Below, piece by piece: positions 38,936 to 50,905 of a stretch of 64,000 nucleotides of DNA. The notes under the pieces were generated by a model, which was not told the origin of the DNA, did not search any database, and saw only the letters and a list, made by a program, of their open reading frames with translations. Every line of letters begins with the position of its first letter. Position 1 is the stretch's first letter. The stretch is from contig ML996710.1 of assembly GCA_010356995.1 (NCBI GenBank), positions 30,455 to 94,454 of the forward strand. The letters run 5' to 3'. The position numbers and the translations under genes are program-made. The DNA comes from Trichodelitschia bisporula. Its lineage: Eukaryota.

Positions 38936-39999
38936 GGTGAGAGCGTGTGGGCGTAAGAGAGCGACGATGGTGAGAGTGAGATGATGGCGAGAGTGAGAAG
39001 ATAGTGAGAAGGAGCAGACGATGACGAAAGTGAGAAGATGGTGAGAGGGAGCAGATGGTGCGAGTGGGAGAATAGCTGGTGACGGTACTACTGTGATCAA
39101 TCGACGCCATATCAACGCCTCCACCGCACATGACAAACAAGGGAGCAGGCATCCGCCCCGCCTTGCCAAGATCTTTGGTGACTAAGCCGATGGTTGCTCT
39201 GATGCCGCACTCTTTGATAGCATGAGAACAAGCGATTGAATATTGCTGAGATTTAAATTGAGGATGAAAGACGCGGGTTCTAAATCTGTCTAGCCGGTCG
39301 GATTTTGGATATCTCATTGTGTTGAGTTTCTATGGAAGTACAGCCTTGAGAAGCGTCCGGCTTTTGTCCCATCGCGACCAAGCCACTCAGAAACTCCTGG
39401 CCACCATATGAGGGTGTCAGTGCGGAGGGAAACGGCCACGACTTTCTTAGTAGCCCTTATGTTTGAAGTGGCGACGGAGACAACGATTTAGGTGTTGACC
39501 ACTTCAAAATGTTAAAATGTGCACCTCGTCGACATGATTCTAATGCTATACGGTATCTGTTATCTCACTATACACACGCTGCATGAGTGCATCGTGTTTT
39601 CAACCTCGAATCTGACATTTGATGGGTGCGGGTAAGTCTTGGCGCCGAGCTTACCGTGCTTTTCCTTAGCGTAGCCTTACAGCCTTCATGCCTTTACGGC
39701 CTTCACGGCTGTGCAGGGGTGCGGAGGCCGCCCCTGGTGAGGGCAGGCAGACGCGGGGACGGGTGGAACGGTGAGGTCATTATCTATTCGATGTGATAAG
39801 GTACAATGTGGAAGAACAAAGAACAGGAGCTCCGAATCCAAGCCCAAGTCCAAGTCCAAGTCCAAGTCCAAGTCCAAGTCCAAGCCCAAATCCAAATCCA
39901 ACGCCAACGCCAACTAGACCAAGATCCGTGTCCAGCTTCAGCTCCAGGCACACAAAAGCTAATAGAAACGCCCGTCCTGCTTACACGCTCCTAATGGAA

Positions 40000-40686
40000 T
40001 TAGTGTCGTGCTGACCTTGGTCCAGCACCGCGGCTGCGGCTGCGACCGCCCCGGTACTGCCTTTCGTACCCGACCGATCCGCTGCTGCGACTACCGCTGC
40101 TCAGGTACCGGTTGTCCCTCTCTTTCTCCAGTTCTTCAGCCATCTCTATTGCTTTGACTCTCTTCATTGCCTCGGCCCTCTTCATTGCCTCAGCCCTCTC
40201 CCTTGCTTCAGCCCTCTTCATTTCGTCCGCCTCTTCGGCCATCTCAATTGTTTTAGAAACCGTCCCCTGCGCGCGTTGCACCGCCATTCTCACATGGGGA
40301 ATCAGGTATTCGATCGTGTTGTACTGACCATCTACCACCATGTTTAAGCTGCTTAGGGCGAAGTTGCCCGCATATACCTTCGCATACTCGACGTTTTGGA
40401 TCTGCTTCACCAGCTCTTCCGCGGTATGAAGATGATGCATGCCTGGTTCGAGGTGGGCATGAAGGGCGTACTGCCATGGAAGTATGCGACAACCTCGTCC
40501 ATTTACGTTTGTGGCGGAAGTGGTGCCGTCGTACGGGGTATAGAGCTTGTACAAGGTGCGGTATACGGCATTGAGATTTTCGTGCAATTTCGAAAGAGAA
40601 GCGCGCCTTTTTCCAATTTCGGTCTCGATGAGGAGGAGAGCATTGTCCGCGGATCTGAGGGAATCGGCAACAGTGTTGAGAGACAT
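40000..40686 (-). CDS. Hypothetical helical protein, 228 aa, with EAMKRA repeats and an Arg/Ser/Gly-rich tail
   Basis: Intact ORF with a paralogous copy 1.7 kb away that shares a similar 5' leader. Confidence 0.72.
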   Translation of the reverse strand: MSLNTVADSLRSADNALLLIETEIGKRRASLSKLHENLNAVYRTLYKLYTPYDGTTSATNVNGRGCRILPWQYALHAHLEPGMHHLHTAEELVKQIQNVEYAKVYAGNFALSSLNMVVDGQYNTIEYLIPHVRMAVQRAQGTVSKTIEMAEEADEMKRAEARERAEAMKRAEAMKRVKAIEMAEELEKERDNRYLSSGSRSSGSVGYERQYRGGRSRSRGAGPRSARH

Positions 40687-42000
40687 GGTGAGAGGGTGTC
40701 AGTGATGAGAGAGAGCAGATAATGAAGAGTGAAAAGATGGTAAGTATGATTTGATGTTGAGACCGGGTGAGCAGCTGGTGTTGATACTGTAAGCCAACGG
40801 CGACGACAGCTCGGCCTTTATCCCCAAGACCATGCAAGGTACAGTCGGCGAGCGTCAGCAAGCGGCGAACGCATTTTACTTTTCTTATTAGGAGATCATC
40901 GCACTTCCTGCCGCGGGTGCCGATTCGATGGCCAAAAACGGTGGCCGCGAGCAAGTTACCTAGACGCCTCAGCCTGATCAGGGATGCCGCGAAATCTCAG
41001 CTCCGATTGCAGGGGGGCAGGCCTCCAGAAACTAAGGACCCAATCGCGGCGGCAACGTGCCGGCAGGGCCTCTAACTGCAGGTTAGCGAAAAGAGAGGAG
41101 GCAGCCGGAAGGCACCCGAGTCGGCGAGCCAAATGCGTCGATGCCTCAAAGAAGTCCGCCGGCACTACCCAGAACACACACTGCGGAACAAGTCATCCCC
41201 ATTCAACTCGGAGTCTCTGTTTATCGTCGTCCAGCCCATTCGGTGTCTTCCACGTGCGAATCCTCCGATTCCTCTTCAAGTTCGTGGACGTGGGCTGTCG
41301 GAACTGGAATTTATACTGCGATCCTGGACTCCGTGGCCGGTGCTCCCTCGGGTAAGTGAAGGCGGATCTGAACTTCTGCGAGCTAAATCTTGTTCTTTCA
41401 TCGCTTTCGAGTCGGCTCGAGTACCGGTTGAAGACGTATTCCAGCCGTCATTTGGAGTACAGTAGAGATTTTTGGACCTCAACGCACTCGTGGCGATGCT
41501 GACAGAAAAGGAATGGAGCTGAAGTCGCAAGCTCAATGCAGCGCGTGGCGATGGCTTTATCTAAGGGAACCTCAGAGCACCCGGTCAACTCACTCACAAA
41601 AGTGAGGCGTGAACCGGGCCTTGTCGGACGCATCGAGCCAGATTAATGAGGCGTTTGTAAGGCGGATGCGGCCCCAACAAACCTACACTGCACCGTCGGC
41701 CAGGTCTACTGGCCACAGTCTCATGGAAAGCGACGTTGAGGAAGCGAGAAATTAGACATTCGTATTGATCTCATGTACGCCGACAACACAAACGCCGCCT
41801 GATGTCCAGCCTTAGAGCACCCAGTATGAAAAGCCCAAGCAAAGGTGAGGTACCGATAAACACGGGACCAGCCGCACGTCAAAGCCATTCATGCTTTCCT
41901 CTCACACCAAATGGTAGGCGAGGCGCTGACCTCGTAATCACCCCGCGAGAGCTATAACATCGTCAGCAACGTCTCCAGCCAGCGAACTCGGAAGACCATA

Positions 42001-42390
42001 CTAAAAAGAAACTTCATTGATATCATCAGCAGCCAGTTCGAGCCGGTGCAGCGTGTCGCAAAGAGCGGTCAGCGCATCGCGCACCTTCAACAACCCGTCC
42101 ATTTCGAAACCGCGCCCATTGCGGCATACGCCCAACATGGTACGTCGGAGGTCTTCGCAGCGCGTGATCGCGCTCTTCATCACTGCTATTGCCTCGACAC
42201 TGTGCTTCTGCACGCCCGTCTCTTGGATATGCGCCGTATACTGCATCAGGACCTCGGCCAGTGTCGTCGAGATCTCATCGACGGAGATTTTGAGCGATTG
42301 GAGGTTTTCCGCGGCCTTGGTGTCCCAGTCGCAGAGACCGTAGAACTCGCGGTAGACATCGGAGAGGATTTCGTAGATTTGGCTGAGCAT
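42001..42390 (-). CDS. Array member L6, small helical protein (~129 aa), most diverged copy
   Basis: N-terminus MLSQIYEILSD resembles MLSQFANILDE of L4; C-terminal LCDTLHRLE resembles FWDAIFRLE/LWDAIQRLD of L3 and L2. Confidence 0.65.
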   Translation of the reverse strand: MLSQIYEILSDVYREFYGLCDWDTKAAENLQSLKISVDEISTTLAEVLMQYTAHIQETGVQKHSVEAIAVMKSAITRCEDLRRTMLGVCRNGRGFEMDGLLKVRDALTALCDTLHRLELAADDINEVSF

Positions 42391-43049
42391 TTGGGACGAT
42401 ATGGAGAGAGACCAGAGCGGGTGGGTCGTTGAGACGGGGAGATGGACTGCTATTGAAGCTCTTGTGGACCCCTTGGACCTTACCACAGCCCCCACAAGAA
42501 GGTGGGTGTGGCGGAGCTTGGGTTAAGAGAAACACGATTGAAAGTTTAAATAGTCCACGCAAGGCACTTTCTTATCGTGGAGCGATGGGTCTGCGACGAT
42601 GATCCGACCACAACCAGCGATATATGAATGCTCAAAATTGGTCTGCGAGCACAACCAAATGTGGAACCAGCTTCTAACAATTTTATCAACTTTCTTTGCG
42701 TTGCTGGGAGCTGAGATTCTTTCCAGAGTTCATGGCGTGTATCATCCTTTCTTTCCATTGAGTGATGGCCTTGCATGCGCGACGTCGGGGACCCCGCGTG
42801 GGGGGGAAGTCATGACTGCTTCCCCTGCCGATTTGCCCCAGGTGTGCGGCTATCACTTTTTACGCAGCAAGTGGACGTGACGCATCCTTCAACGAGTGGA
42901 ATATCTCAAGGACGGAGCATAAATCGAAATAAATGGCCATACATAATCCCTTCATCGCTCATACTCGCAGACATCCCTTTCTTGTCCTTCCCAATCCTGA
43001 CAAGCTCCTCCAGATCCAGCTTGAGTAGCTCAATGCACCCCGGAAACGG

Positions 43050-43316
43050 TTAAAGGGTTCTGAGGTCGAGAGCATGCTCGAGATACCGAAGCCTGCGGAT
43101 AATTTTTTGAAGCGGTTCGATTATGGCATGCTTCAACTTCTCTGTGCCTGCTGCGTCCGGTCGTTCCATGAAATCACTGTAGAAGTCCTGGCAAAGCATG
43201 TGAAGTTCCGCAGCCCTTTCGGGGTGTCCCCATTCGGCCTTATCAAAACAGTCCTCAATGAGGGCTTCATTCTCGTCGAGAAATGTCGCAACGATTTTTC
43301 TCATCTCGGATGACAT
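43050..43316 (-). CDS. Array member L5, small helical protein (88 aa)
   Basis: Contains LCQDFYSDFMER, matching the array motif. Confidence 0.6.
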   Translation of the reverse strand: MSSEMRKIVATFLDENEALIEDCFDKAEWGHPERAAELHMLCQDFYSDFMERPDAAGTEKLKHAIIEPLQKIIRRLRYLEHALDLRTL

Positions 43317-43436
43317 TTTGGATTATGCTGATGTTGACGGGGAGTGAAAGAAAGGTTGAAGTCGGACTGAAATACACAATGCATCGAAGCAACCGGCATC
43401 AAAAGCGGGGTCAATCATGTCTAGACGGGGGCGGCG

Positions 43437-43577
43437 TGTTGAATTTGTGGCGGCAACCTGGGGTGGCTGGAGTGGAGCCAGGAGACAGGGGTCGTCTCCC
43501 GGCGATGTATATAGTCAGCTCACTTCCTACTGCTAGTCGGCAAAGCAATTCAGTCAAGTTCACACTTCATTTTAACA
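43437..43577 (+). mobile_element. Solo LTR (141 bp) with 5-bp TSD CGGCG
   Basis: Ends TGTTGAA...TTTAACA; CGGCG at 43432-43436 and 43578-43582; internal TATATA; second copy in reverse orientation at 54049-54190. Confidence 0.88.
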
Positions 43578-43793
43578 CGGCGTCAGTAGGAAACTAAGCG
43601 CAGCAGCAAACTCACAAACGCATAGGCGGCAAGATGAAGCGTACCTCCTTCCCAGCATAATTCCTACCACTCATGCCTCATTTTGAGGCCGCCTTTCTCT
43701 AGCCTTCTCAACTTCTACTACTAGCTCATTCCACGCATCCCAAAGCCTAAAAGCAGACTCGCGCGGATACGGGACGTTCGGACCGCCTACAAC

Positions 43794-44093
43794 TCAGTGA
43801 TCGAGGATGTTGTACACAGCTTGTAAAAGCAGCTGACACTGTTCCGCCGCTATCTTGACCAACATGAGCATCTCGGTGCTTTGCTTTCCTCTCTGGATTG
43901 CTTCCGGTTGGGTGTTCTTGTTCAAATCTTCGTAGAAATCGACGGGGATTGTGCGTAGTTTCTCGTATAGATCGAGGTGCCTTTGTACCAAGAGACTTTC
44001 ATCCAGTTCCTCTCTGGCCTTGATGGACTCGGCCCTGATTTTGCAGATTTCGTCCAGGATATTAGCAAACTGGCTCAGCATTTCTGGTGTCAT
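43794..44093 (-). CDS. Array member L4 (~99 aa)
   Basis: IPVDFYEDLNKNTQPEAIQRGKQSTEML aligns with L3 and L2. Confidence 0.65.
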   Translation of the reverse strand: MTPEMLSQFANILDEICKIRAESIKAREELDESLLVQRHLDLYEKLRTIPVDFYEDLNKNTQPEAIQRGKQSTEMLMLVKIAAEQCQLLLQAVYNILDH

Positions 44094-44303
44094 GTCGGAG
44101 GAGGGTGCCGAAAGATGACGTACTGTGTAGTGAGGGTGGTTGCGGGCGAAGCTTCTTGACCGAGGAAGGCCCAAGGGGCCGCTCGCTAATGTGGCATCGC
44201 TAATGTCACAGCACAGTCACACCGTTACCGCCATCCGGTCACTCATACATTGATCCTCACATTATTGCTGTCTCCACATGTCTGCCAACTGACACCCACC
44301 GGC

Positions 44304-44705
44304 TTACAGCACCTTTTGAAGCCGCGTCTTTTTATCCTTTTCAACATCCTCCTCTAGCCTAAATATCGCATCCCAAAACGCGCGAGCAGTTCTCGCTCTG
44401 AGTAGATCCGTCGCACAGTCTGTTTCGAGCCCCTTTTTGAGAACGTCGGAGAAGCACACGCTCCGCTCGATTATAGCCTCGAGCAACGTGAGCATCTCGG
44501 ACCTGTGATTTCTTCTATCGATCCCCTCCGATTGGTCGTTCTTTCGAAAGTCTTCGAAGAAATCGGTGAAAATTGTGTGCAGTTCATCGAGCAGTTCTCG
44601 GCCTTTATCCGCGGAGAGTGGTGTCGAGCCGTCATATACCCTTTCATCCCATTCGGTTATGATGGTCCGGGCTTCGAGAAGGACTTCTGTGAGCTGATCG
44701 AACAT
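44304..44705 (-). CDS. Array member L3 (133 aa)
   Basis: DELHTIFTDFFEDFRKNDQSEGIDRRNHRSEML; upstream region shares gtgacatccggcta-like sequence with L2. Confidence 0.72.
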   Translation of the reverse strand: MFDQLTEVLLEARTIITEWDERVYDGSTPLSADKGRELLDELHTIFTDFFEDFRKNDQSEGIDRRNHRSEMLTLLEAIIERSVCFSDVLKKGLETDCATDLLRARTARAFWDAIFRLEEDVEKDKKTRLQKVL

Positions 44706-45027
44706 TTGCGATGATATGTCGAGAGGAGTGCCGAATGAAGCGTATTGAGGATAGCTGTCGGCGCGACTTCATACGTACTGCGCAAAGGCAGCTTCTTGAT
44801 GCGGGATCGTTCAGTTACGGCACAAGCCCCGCGTTATCATCCCGTGACATCCGGCTAGTGTCGCCGCGAGCGCGGCCGACATCTACCGCACAGAACTGAT
44901 GTGGTTGCGAGTCCGCGATGATACCGAGTTACGTGATGCGAGCCAGCATTGCGGAGATAGATCTGGGAGACTCTTTTCTTCAACAACAATTCAGTCATTC
45001 ATGCCTTTCCCAAAACACTGCTATGTA

Positions 45028-45444
45028 TCACCATATCCCCCAACAGGAACCGGATTCCACTTCCTTTTGAGATCCCCCTTTTCTGTCCTTTGCAACTTCA
45101 TCCAGCCTCTGTATCGCATCCCAAAGTCGGTGGTGAGTCCTCCTTATCATCCCCGAGAACGCACAGTCTACAGTTCCCTCCGGCTCCTTTTTGAGGACTT
45201 CGTTCATGTCCCGGCACCGTGCGACCACAACGTTGATTGACGCAATGATCTCGGACCTCTGCTTTCCCCTGTCAATTGCATCCGGTGGGTTGTCGTTGAA
45301 GTCTTCTAGGAAATCGGTGAGGACTGTCTGTAGTTCATCGACTATTATGTAGATATCGCTCAAAACGAGCTGTATCCGTGCTGCCCTCCATTTAGTCGTG
45401 ATGTAGGTGGCTTCGCGGAGGACGTCGTCAAGCAGGTCGGACAT
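45028..45444 (-). CDS. Array member L2 (~138 aa)
   Basis: DELQTVLTDFLEDFNDNPPDAIDRGKQRSEII...LWDAIQRLDE, clearly paralogous to L3. Confidence 0.72.
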   Translation of the reverse strand: MSDLLDDVLREATYITTKWRAARIQLVLSDIYIIVDELQTVLTDFLEDFNDNPPDAIDRGKQRSEIIASINVVVARCRDMNEVLKKEPEGTVDCAFSGMIRRTHHRLWDAIQRLDEVAKDRKGGSQKEVESGSCWGIW

Positions 45445-45759
45445 TTCTGGCGATTTGTGGAAGGCGATTGCCGAGAGGAAGGGTTTTGAAGATGGCTGTC
45501 GGTGAGGCGGCTTGATATGGCGTCGTTGGGGCACAGCACAGCCTACCGTTATCGTCACCTGACATCCGGCTAACGTCGCTGTAGGCGGTGATGCCGAACA
45601 GTAGAACTAAACAGAGAAGGCAACTATGCTGGTAGGTAGTCCAAGATGGAAAGTCAGTTGCGGCTCATAACCTTATTTTGTTCCATAAAAAACCCATTGC
45701 ATGAAAGACTCATCATCAACCTAATATAGGTTCTTTGCGCCGGACTCCATCACCGGAAG

Positions 45760-46239
45760 CTAATGCCGATCCCGTCTCGAAGACTTTACCGCCCTCTCGC
45801 CTTCCCGTTTGAACTCTGCACGCTTGGTATCGTGTACAGCTATGTAAAACTGGATGAAATACACGGTTTCGGGGCTGCTATACTCTACCCACGCCTTCTT
45901 CTTCTCCTTAACCGGAGCACACTGGGACGCTTTTGCCTTCTTAAGCTCATCCCAGTATAGCTTACCCCAGACTGTTAGTTCCCTAAGGTAACTAGAAAGC
46001 CGTCCCCACGCTGCGCGGTCGTGAGTCAGCTTCGGCGGGTTCTTGCGAAAGTCGTGGTTGAAGTCCGAGACGTTACTTGTTCGTTCACGCAGTAACGCCT
46101 CTTTCCTGCCGTCTACGGCGTCCTCGTCGACGCAGGAGTTGATTTCACTGGAATGGGCTATGTAGTCTTTGATGAACGCGTCGATGCTGTTCATTGTTGC
46201 TTGCACCGATGGGTTGGGCGTGGAGTTGTCGGGTGGCAT
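45760..46239 (-). CDS. Array member L1 (159 aa)
   Basis: NVSDFNHDFRKNPP motif links the left-arm (DFRKN, NPP) and right-arm (N-I/V-x-DF) copies. Confidence 0.65.
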   Translation of the reverse strand: MPPDNSTPNPSVQATMNSIDAFIKDYIAHSSEINSCVDEDAVDGRKEALLRERTSNVSDFNHDFRKNPPKLTHDRAAWGRLSSYLRELTVWGKLYWDELKKAKASQCAPVKEKKKAWVEYSSPETVYFIQFYIAVHDTKRAEFKREGERAVKSSRRDRH

Positions 46240-46922
46240 GGTGCCCGCAGGTGGCGCGAGATCGCGGGAAATCGACGATATCGAAGGGAGCTTGCTTTAG
46301 GGTAAGGCTGTCGAGGGCGGGGCTCTGGAAAAGAAGTCAGTCTGGAGATATTGTCGCGCGACAGACTGTCGTCGGAGGTGATGTTGAAGACGAGGTCATC
46401 GCCGCACAGCTCAGAACTCAGCGTGTGCGGCGGGACCCTGGGCAGCCTAGAGAAGTTGTAGCCGTCCTGGCTAGGAGTCTTTGTGGAAGGGTCGGTAGCG
46501 ATATTTTTCAGGTTGGCCTTGCCCAAAAGGCTGCCCGACTCGTGAGGGGTAACAATGACATCAGTTCAATCGTCCGCGTCTCGCGATGCTTGCTGGCATA
46601 GCTACATGCTCCGCCTTCCCCTGCCGATAGGCGCAGAAAAATGCGGTTGAGCATCTGAGGCCCCCGAACTATTCGTGGCCGCCCTTCCCCAAGGCTACAG
46701 TCCGAGTACGGAGTACTGTACCACGCAGCTGAGGCCGGGAGGCAGCCACGAGTGTTTCGGGCCGTCCCTTGACTCGCGGACGGGCTTGATGCCTTGCTTG
46801 CTTTAGTTTCTCATGCTCCGAACCGCGTGCGATTTTTGACCGGCCGGTCCGATCAGTGCCTCCCCTGCTTCTACTGCGTACCACTTCTTCATTTCGCTGC
46901 TTCGTCGCTTCGACCAGCCGCC

Positions 46923-47285
46923 ATGCCATCACCGGAGGCCTTGGAAGCGCCCCAGCTACAGAAAATGAATCTCAAAGACATACACTTTCTGGTACTTGAA
47001 CTGTGCGGAGACGATAGGCAAAATGCTAATACCGCGAAGAGTGAAGTCTTCGGCAATGTCTTAGACTTCTGCGACGGTATACTTGCTGAGGGGGATGCCG
47101 CGGTTACCTATAAAATGCTAAGGGAGTTGGCTTTAGAGTCTTTGGGGGACCTCGCCGGTCTGCGCGAAAACACCGAGCAGATCATCTCGGGAATCACCCG
47201 TTTAAATATAGGCATGGACCTGAAGATATGTATTGCGCGTAACCGGTTCGATGAGTGGATCAACAACAACTTGAGGCCAACTTAG
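46923..47285 (+). CDS. Array member R1; probable intron 46992-47039 (48 nt, in frame)
   Basis: LKDIHFL|SEVFGNVLDFCDG; intron GTACTT...GCTAAT...AAG; stop lies inside the conserved TTAGGAAGCCTAC block. Confidence 0.72.
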   Translation: MPSPEALEAPQLQKMNLKDIHFLVLELCGDDRQNANTAKSEVFGNVLDFCDGILAEGDAAVTYKMLRELALESLGDLAGLRENTEQIISGITRLNIGMDLKICIARNRFDEWINNNLRPT

Positions 47286-47517
47286 GAAGCCTACTCAACT
47301 GTTATATCGCATGATCCGTGCTGTGATCTTGCAAGTCCATCTGCGATAACGACTCAAGCAACAGCCAAAGGCTACAGGGAAAACCGTACTACTGGTGATA
47401 CCCCGCTCTCTTTAATCGGCTTCCTAACGCGCCTTTTGAGCAGCTAGCCCGATCTTTGCCTCCGTCTTTGCACAGCCGCTGCATCACTTCGTCACTTCGC
47501 CACTTTTGCCTATCAAG

Positions 47518-47853
47518 ATGCCGTCGTCGGAAGCAAACCAGCAACTCCAGACGCTTTTCAAGGATTTCGAGTTCCTGGTATTGGATGCACGAGAGGACGT
47601 TGCCAACAGCGCTGACATTGTAAAGGATGAACTCTGCATCAACATTTCAGACGCCTTCGACGATGTCAATGTTGAGGGGGTTTCAGCGCTTTTACGAGAT
47701 GTTACTCTTCTCCGCGACGAGATCCAGAAGATCATTTCGTTTGCACGTTTAAAGCATATCAGGGAGACAAAGCTATGTTTTTCGAAGGAGATGATGAGGG
47801 ACATTCATAAAAATGTACTCGAGCTTAATAAGAAGTTATCGACATTAGCATGA
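47518..47853 (+). CDS. Array member R2; probable intron 47578-47625 (48 nt, in frame)
   Basis: FKDFEFL|DELCINISDAFDD...KLCFSKE; intron GTATTG...GCTGAC...AAG. Confidence 0.72.
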   Translation: MPSSEANQQLQTLFKDFEFLVLDAREDVANSADIVKDELCINISDAFDDVNVEGVSALLRDVTLLRDEIQKIISFARLKHIRETKLCFSKEMMRDIHKNVLELNKKLSTLA

Positions 47854-48074
47854 GGCAGTTTAGGAAGCCTATTCCGTTGTTATGTCGTCGTGATCCTTTG
47901 CCGTGTCCTTCAAGTCCATCTAAAACAGAGGCTCAAGCAACGGCTAAGGGCTACCCGAAAGGCTTGTCAGTGCCCCGCTCATTTTAATGCGGGGCATCTC
48001 GACGCCTTTTGAGCGGCTAGTTCTAACCCAATCTACACCCCGTTTCCACCGCTTCGTCGCTTCTGCCTATCGAC

Positions 48075-48457
48075 ATGCCATCGCATACTTCGGAAACTCT
48101 CCAGCAACTTCAAACACTTCTTAAAGATATCGAGTTTCAGGTACTAGATATGTGCGGAGAAGATAGGGAAAAGCTTACACTGCGAAGGATGAGCTGTTCA
48201 GAAACGCCGTCGATCTCTACGACGACCTTACTGGGGATATGAGGTCGGATGAAGCGCTGATTTATGCGAAGCTTAGAGGGGCAGTTTTGATGCACCTAAG
48301 GGAGAACGTCTGTCAACGGGAGTACATCCAGGAGCTTATTTCGAGCTTTCATAACGCGGACGTCAAGTTATGTTTTTCGCGAGAGGGGATGGTGAGATAT
48401 CATACTGAGATGCTCGAATTCAACGAGTTTATGGAGAACAATCTGGGGCCAACTTAG
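48075..48457 (+). CDS. Array member R3 (111 aa); exons 48075-48140 and 48188-48457
   Basis: Removing the 47-nt GTACTA...GCTTAC...AAG segment joins LKDIEFQ to DELFRNAVDLYDD in frame, giving an intact ORF. Confidence 0.72.
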
Positions 48458-48656
48458 GAATCCTACTTACTGTTACCACACAATATCGCCATGACCTGGC
48501 CCTGTGGTGCATATGCATCTGAAATAGCCGCTCAAACGACGGCCAAGGGCCACCGGGGAAAGGCTTATTAGAGCAATACCCTGCACCTTTTGATCGACCA
48601 GCCCAGTTCTCGTCTGATCCCCTGTTCCTACGTCCTCATCACTTCTTCCCATCGGC

Positions 48657-49048
48657 TTGCCATCTCCCGGCACCTCGGAAACGCTGCAGCGACTTGAAGC
48701 GATTTTAAAGGACATCGACCTTCAGGTACCAGATTTGGAAGGAGATGACTGAGAAAAGCTAGTACCGCGAAGGAAGAACTGTGCGCCAATATTATAGATT
48801 TCTGCGACGACACAAAGGATTTTAAAAGGGATGAGGCAGCTGCTTATGAGAAGCTACGGGAAGGAATCTTAACGAAGCTAAAAAGCGTCGCCGTCATACG
48901 TGAGGGCATCCAGGAGTTCATCTCGGACGCTCGTTCCGGTGATGCTGGGGACGTGAAGCCATGTGTTTCGCAAGATACAGTGATGGGATTTCACAAAGCT
49001 GTGGTCGAGCTTCAGGAGTTCGTCGATAATGATATGAGGCTAAGTTAG
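48657..49048 (+). pseudogene. Array member R4: open after splicing 48726-48772, but starts with TTG
   Basis: atcggcTTGccatc versus atcgacATGccatc in paralogues; exon 2 (EELCANIIDFCDD...KPCVSQD) is uninterrupted. Confidence 0.62.
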
Positions 49049-49242
49049 GAAGCCTACATGCTGTTATCATGCAGTATATCGTCATAACATTGCTATGTGG
49101 TGCATATGTATCTGAAATAGCGCCTAAATAATGGCTATTGGCCACCGTGAAAGGCTTATTAATACCCTACGCCGTTTGCTCGACTAGCTCAGCCTTCAAT
49201 ATACATCCCGTTTCCACCTCCTCGTCGCTTCTGCATCTCGAC

Positions 49243-49628
49243 ATGTCATCGACCAGTGTTTCAGAATCGCACCAGCGACTTTAAGCGGTTCTGAAGGACA
49301 TAAAGCTCCAGGTACCAGACATGTGCGGAGACTATAGGGAAAGCGCTAACGCCGCGAAAGGATGAACTATGCGCCAACGCCTTGGAATTTCTTGGACGAC
49401 ATTAAGGGAGATATTAATAGGGATAACGTAGTTGCTTACGAGGGGCATAAGAGAAAAGTTTTAGCGAAGCTAAAAGATTTCGCCCTCATCCGCGAGGCCA
49501 TTTTGGAGATGATCTCGAGTGATGGCGGGGACAGGAAGCTATGCCTTTCGCAGGACGAAGCAATGAAGTTTCACAATCTGGTAGTTGGGCTCAAGGAGTG
49601 GGTCGATAATGAAATGATATCAGCTTAG
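49243..49628 (+). pseudogene. Array member R5, pseudogene
   Basis: TAA at codon 14, where paralogues have CAA/GAA, and a +1 frameshift near 49385-49392; intron 49312-49360. Confidence 0.75.
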
Positions 49629-49810
49629 GAAGCCTACTCGCTGTTGTCGTTATGATTTTGCCCGGTCGTAGATGTGCATCTGATGAAGCGCTTTCAACGG
49701 CTAAGGGTTACTGGGAAAGGCTTATTAATGCCCTACGGCGCTTAATCGACGAGCTTAGCCTTCCTCTTACACATCCCACTTCCACCTCCTCGTCGCTTCT
49801 GCCTATCGAC

Positions 49811-50218
49811 ATGCCATCGACCGGTACTTTAGAAACGATCCGGCAAATCCAAGCGGCTGTGAAGGACATAGACGTTCAGGTACCAGATACGAGTATATGC
49901 GGAGACGACGGGAAAAAGCTAACACCGAAAAGGATGAACAATGCGCTATTATCTTGGACTTCTTCGACGATACTTTCGGGGATAGCAAGGGGAATGATAC
50001 AGTTACTTATCAGAAACTAAGAGTTTTTTTTTTTTTCAGAGTACCGAAGAGAGGTCGTCGACGTTCGTAATCAGTTCCTGGGTACTATCTCGCTCTACGC
50101 CGATTTGAGGGATCGCGTGTACGAGGACTCGAAGATATGTTTTTCGCAAGGTACAGCGAGGAAATTTCGCAGTTGTGTGAGCATTTTCAGTGCATTCATC
50201 GATATTCTAATAAAATGA
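49811..50218 (+). pseudogene. Array member R6, frameshifted at a T13 tract
   Basis: Intron 49880-49932; a T12 tract at 50024-50036 would restore the frame through ...SKICFSQG... to TGA at 50218. Confidence 0.65.
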
Positions 50219-50511
50219 GGCTAGCTTGGGAAGCCTAGTCGCTGTCATCGTTATGACTATTGCCCGTCGTGCGTGTGCATCTGATGAAGCGTTTAAGCAA
50301 CGATATGGCTATGGGCTGGGCGAAAAGATTATACGCCCCTCATTAAAATGTTGTAGCCTGGTTTCACTCGGATTTATACTAAAAAAAGCAGAGACTATGT
50401 GGGGCTGCGGCCATCACCTTTAGGCCCCACTTGCTTTAAGGCCGGGTACTCCCGCAACTTTAATCGGTTAGCCCCTCCGTTTCTGCTACTTCCTCACTTC
50501 AGCACATCACG

Positions 50512-50905
50512 ATGGCATCGTCCGATACCTGGGCGGAAACTCAGCAACATGTCCGCACGATACTTGAAGACATAGACCTTTTAGTACTAGACGCGTACTC
50601 AAATGATCGAGAAAACGCTAACACGACGAAGGTAGAACTCCTAAGCAATATGTCAGACTGCTGCGACGATGCTTTGAATGTGGGAGATTTCAACCAGAAG
50701 CATAGGGATGAAGTCGCAGTGGTGTGTACCGGAGATGGAGATGATGCGTCAGAGTATCCGGATGACCGCCTTGGGTATAGTCCGGGAAGGTGCAGGCAAG
50801 GACGAGAAGACGCATGTTTCCAAGTTTTTCGTGAGCGAGATGAAGAAGTTTCACGACAAAGTTTATGAGTTAAACGACAGTATGAGGAATCCGAAACCTT
50901 CTTAG
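50512..50905 (+). pseudogene. Array member R7, frameshift near 50719-50728
   Basis: LEDIDLL|VELLSNMSDCCDD in one frame; the paralogous C-terminus (EMKKFHDKVYELND) and stop in TTAGGAAG are in another; intron 50584-50631. Confidence 0.68.

Noticed and set aside
39806..40014. QVQVQV / SPSPSP / LDLDLD ORFs
   Set aside because: Products of a (CAAGTC)n microsatellite downstream of the 40000-40686 gene.
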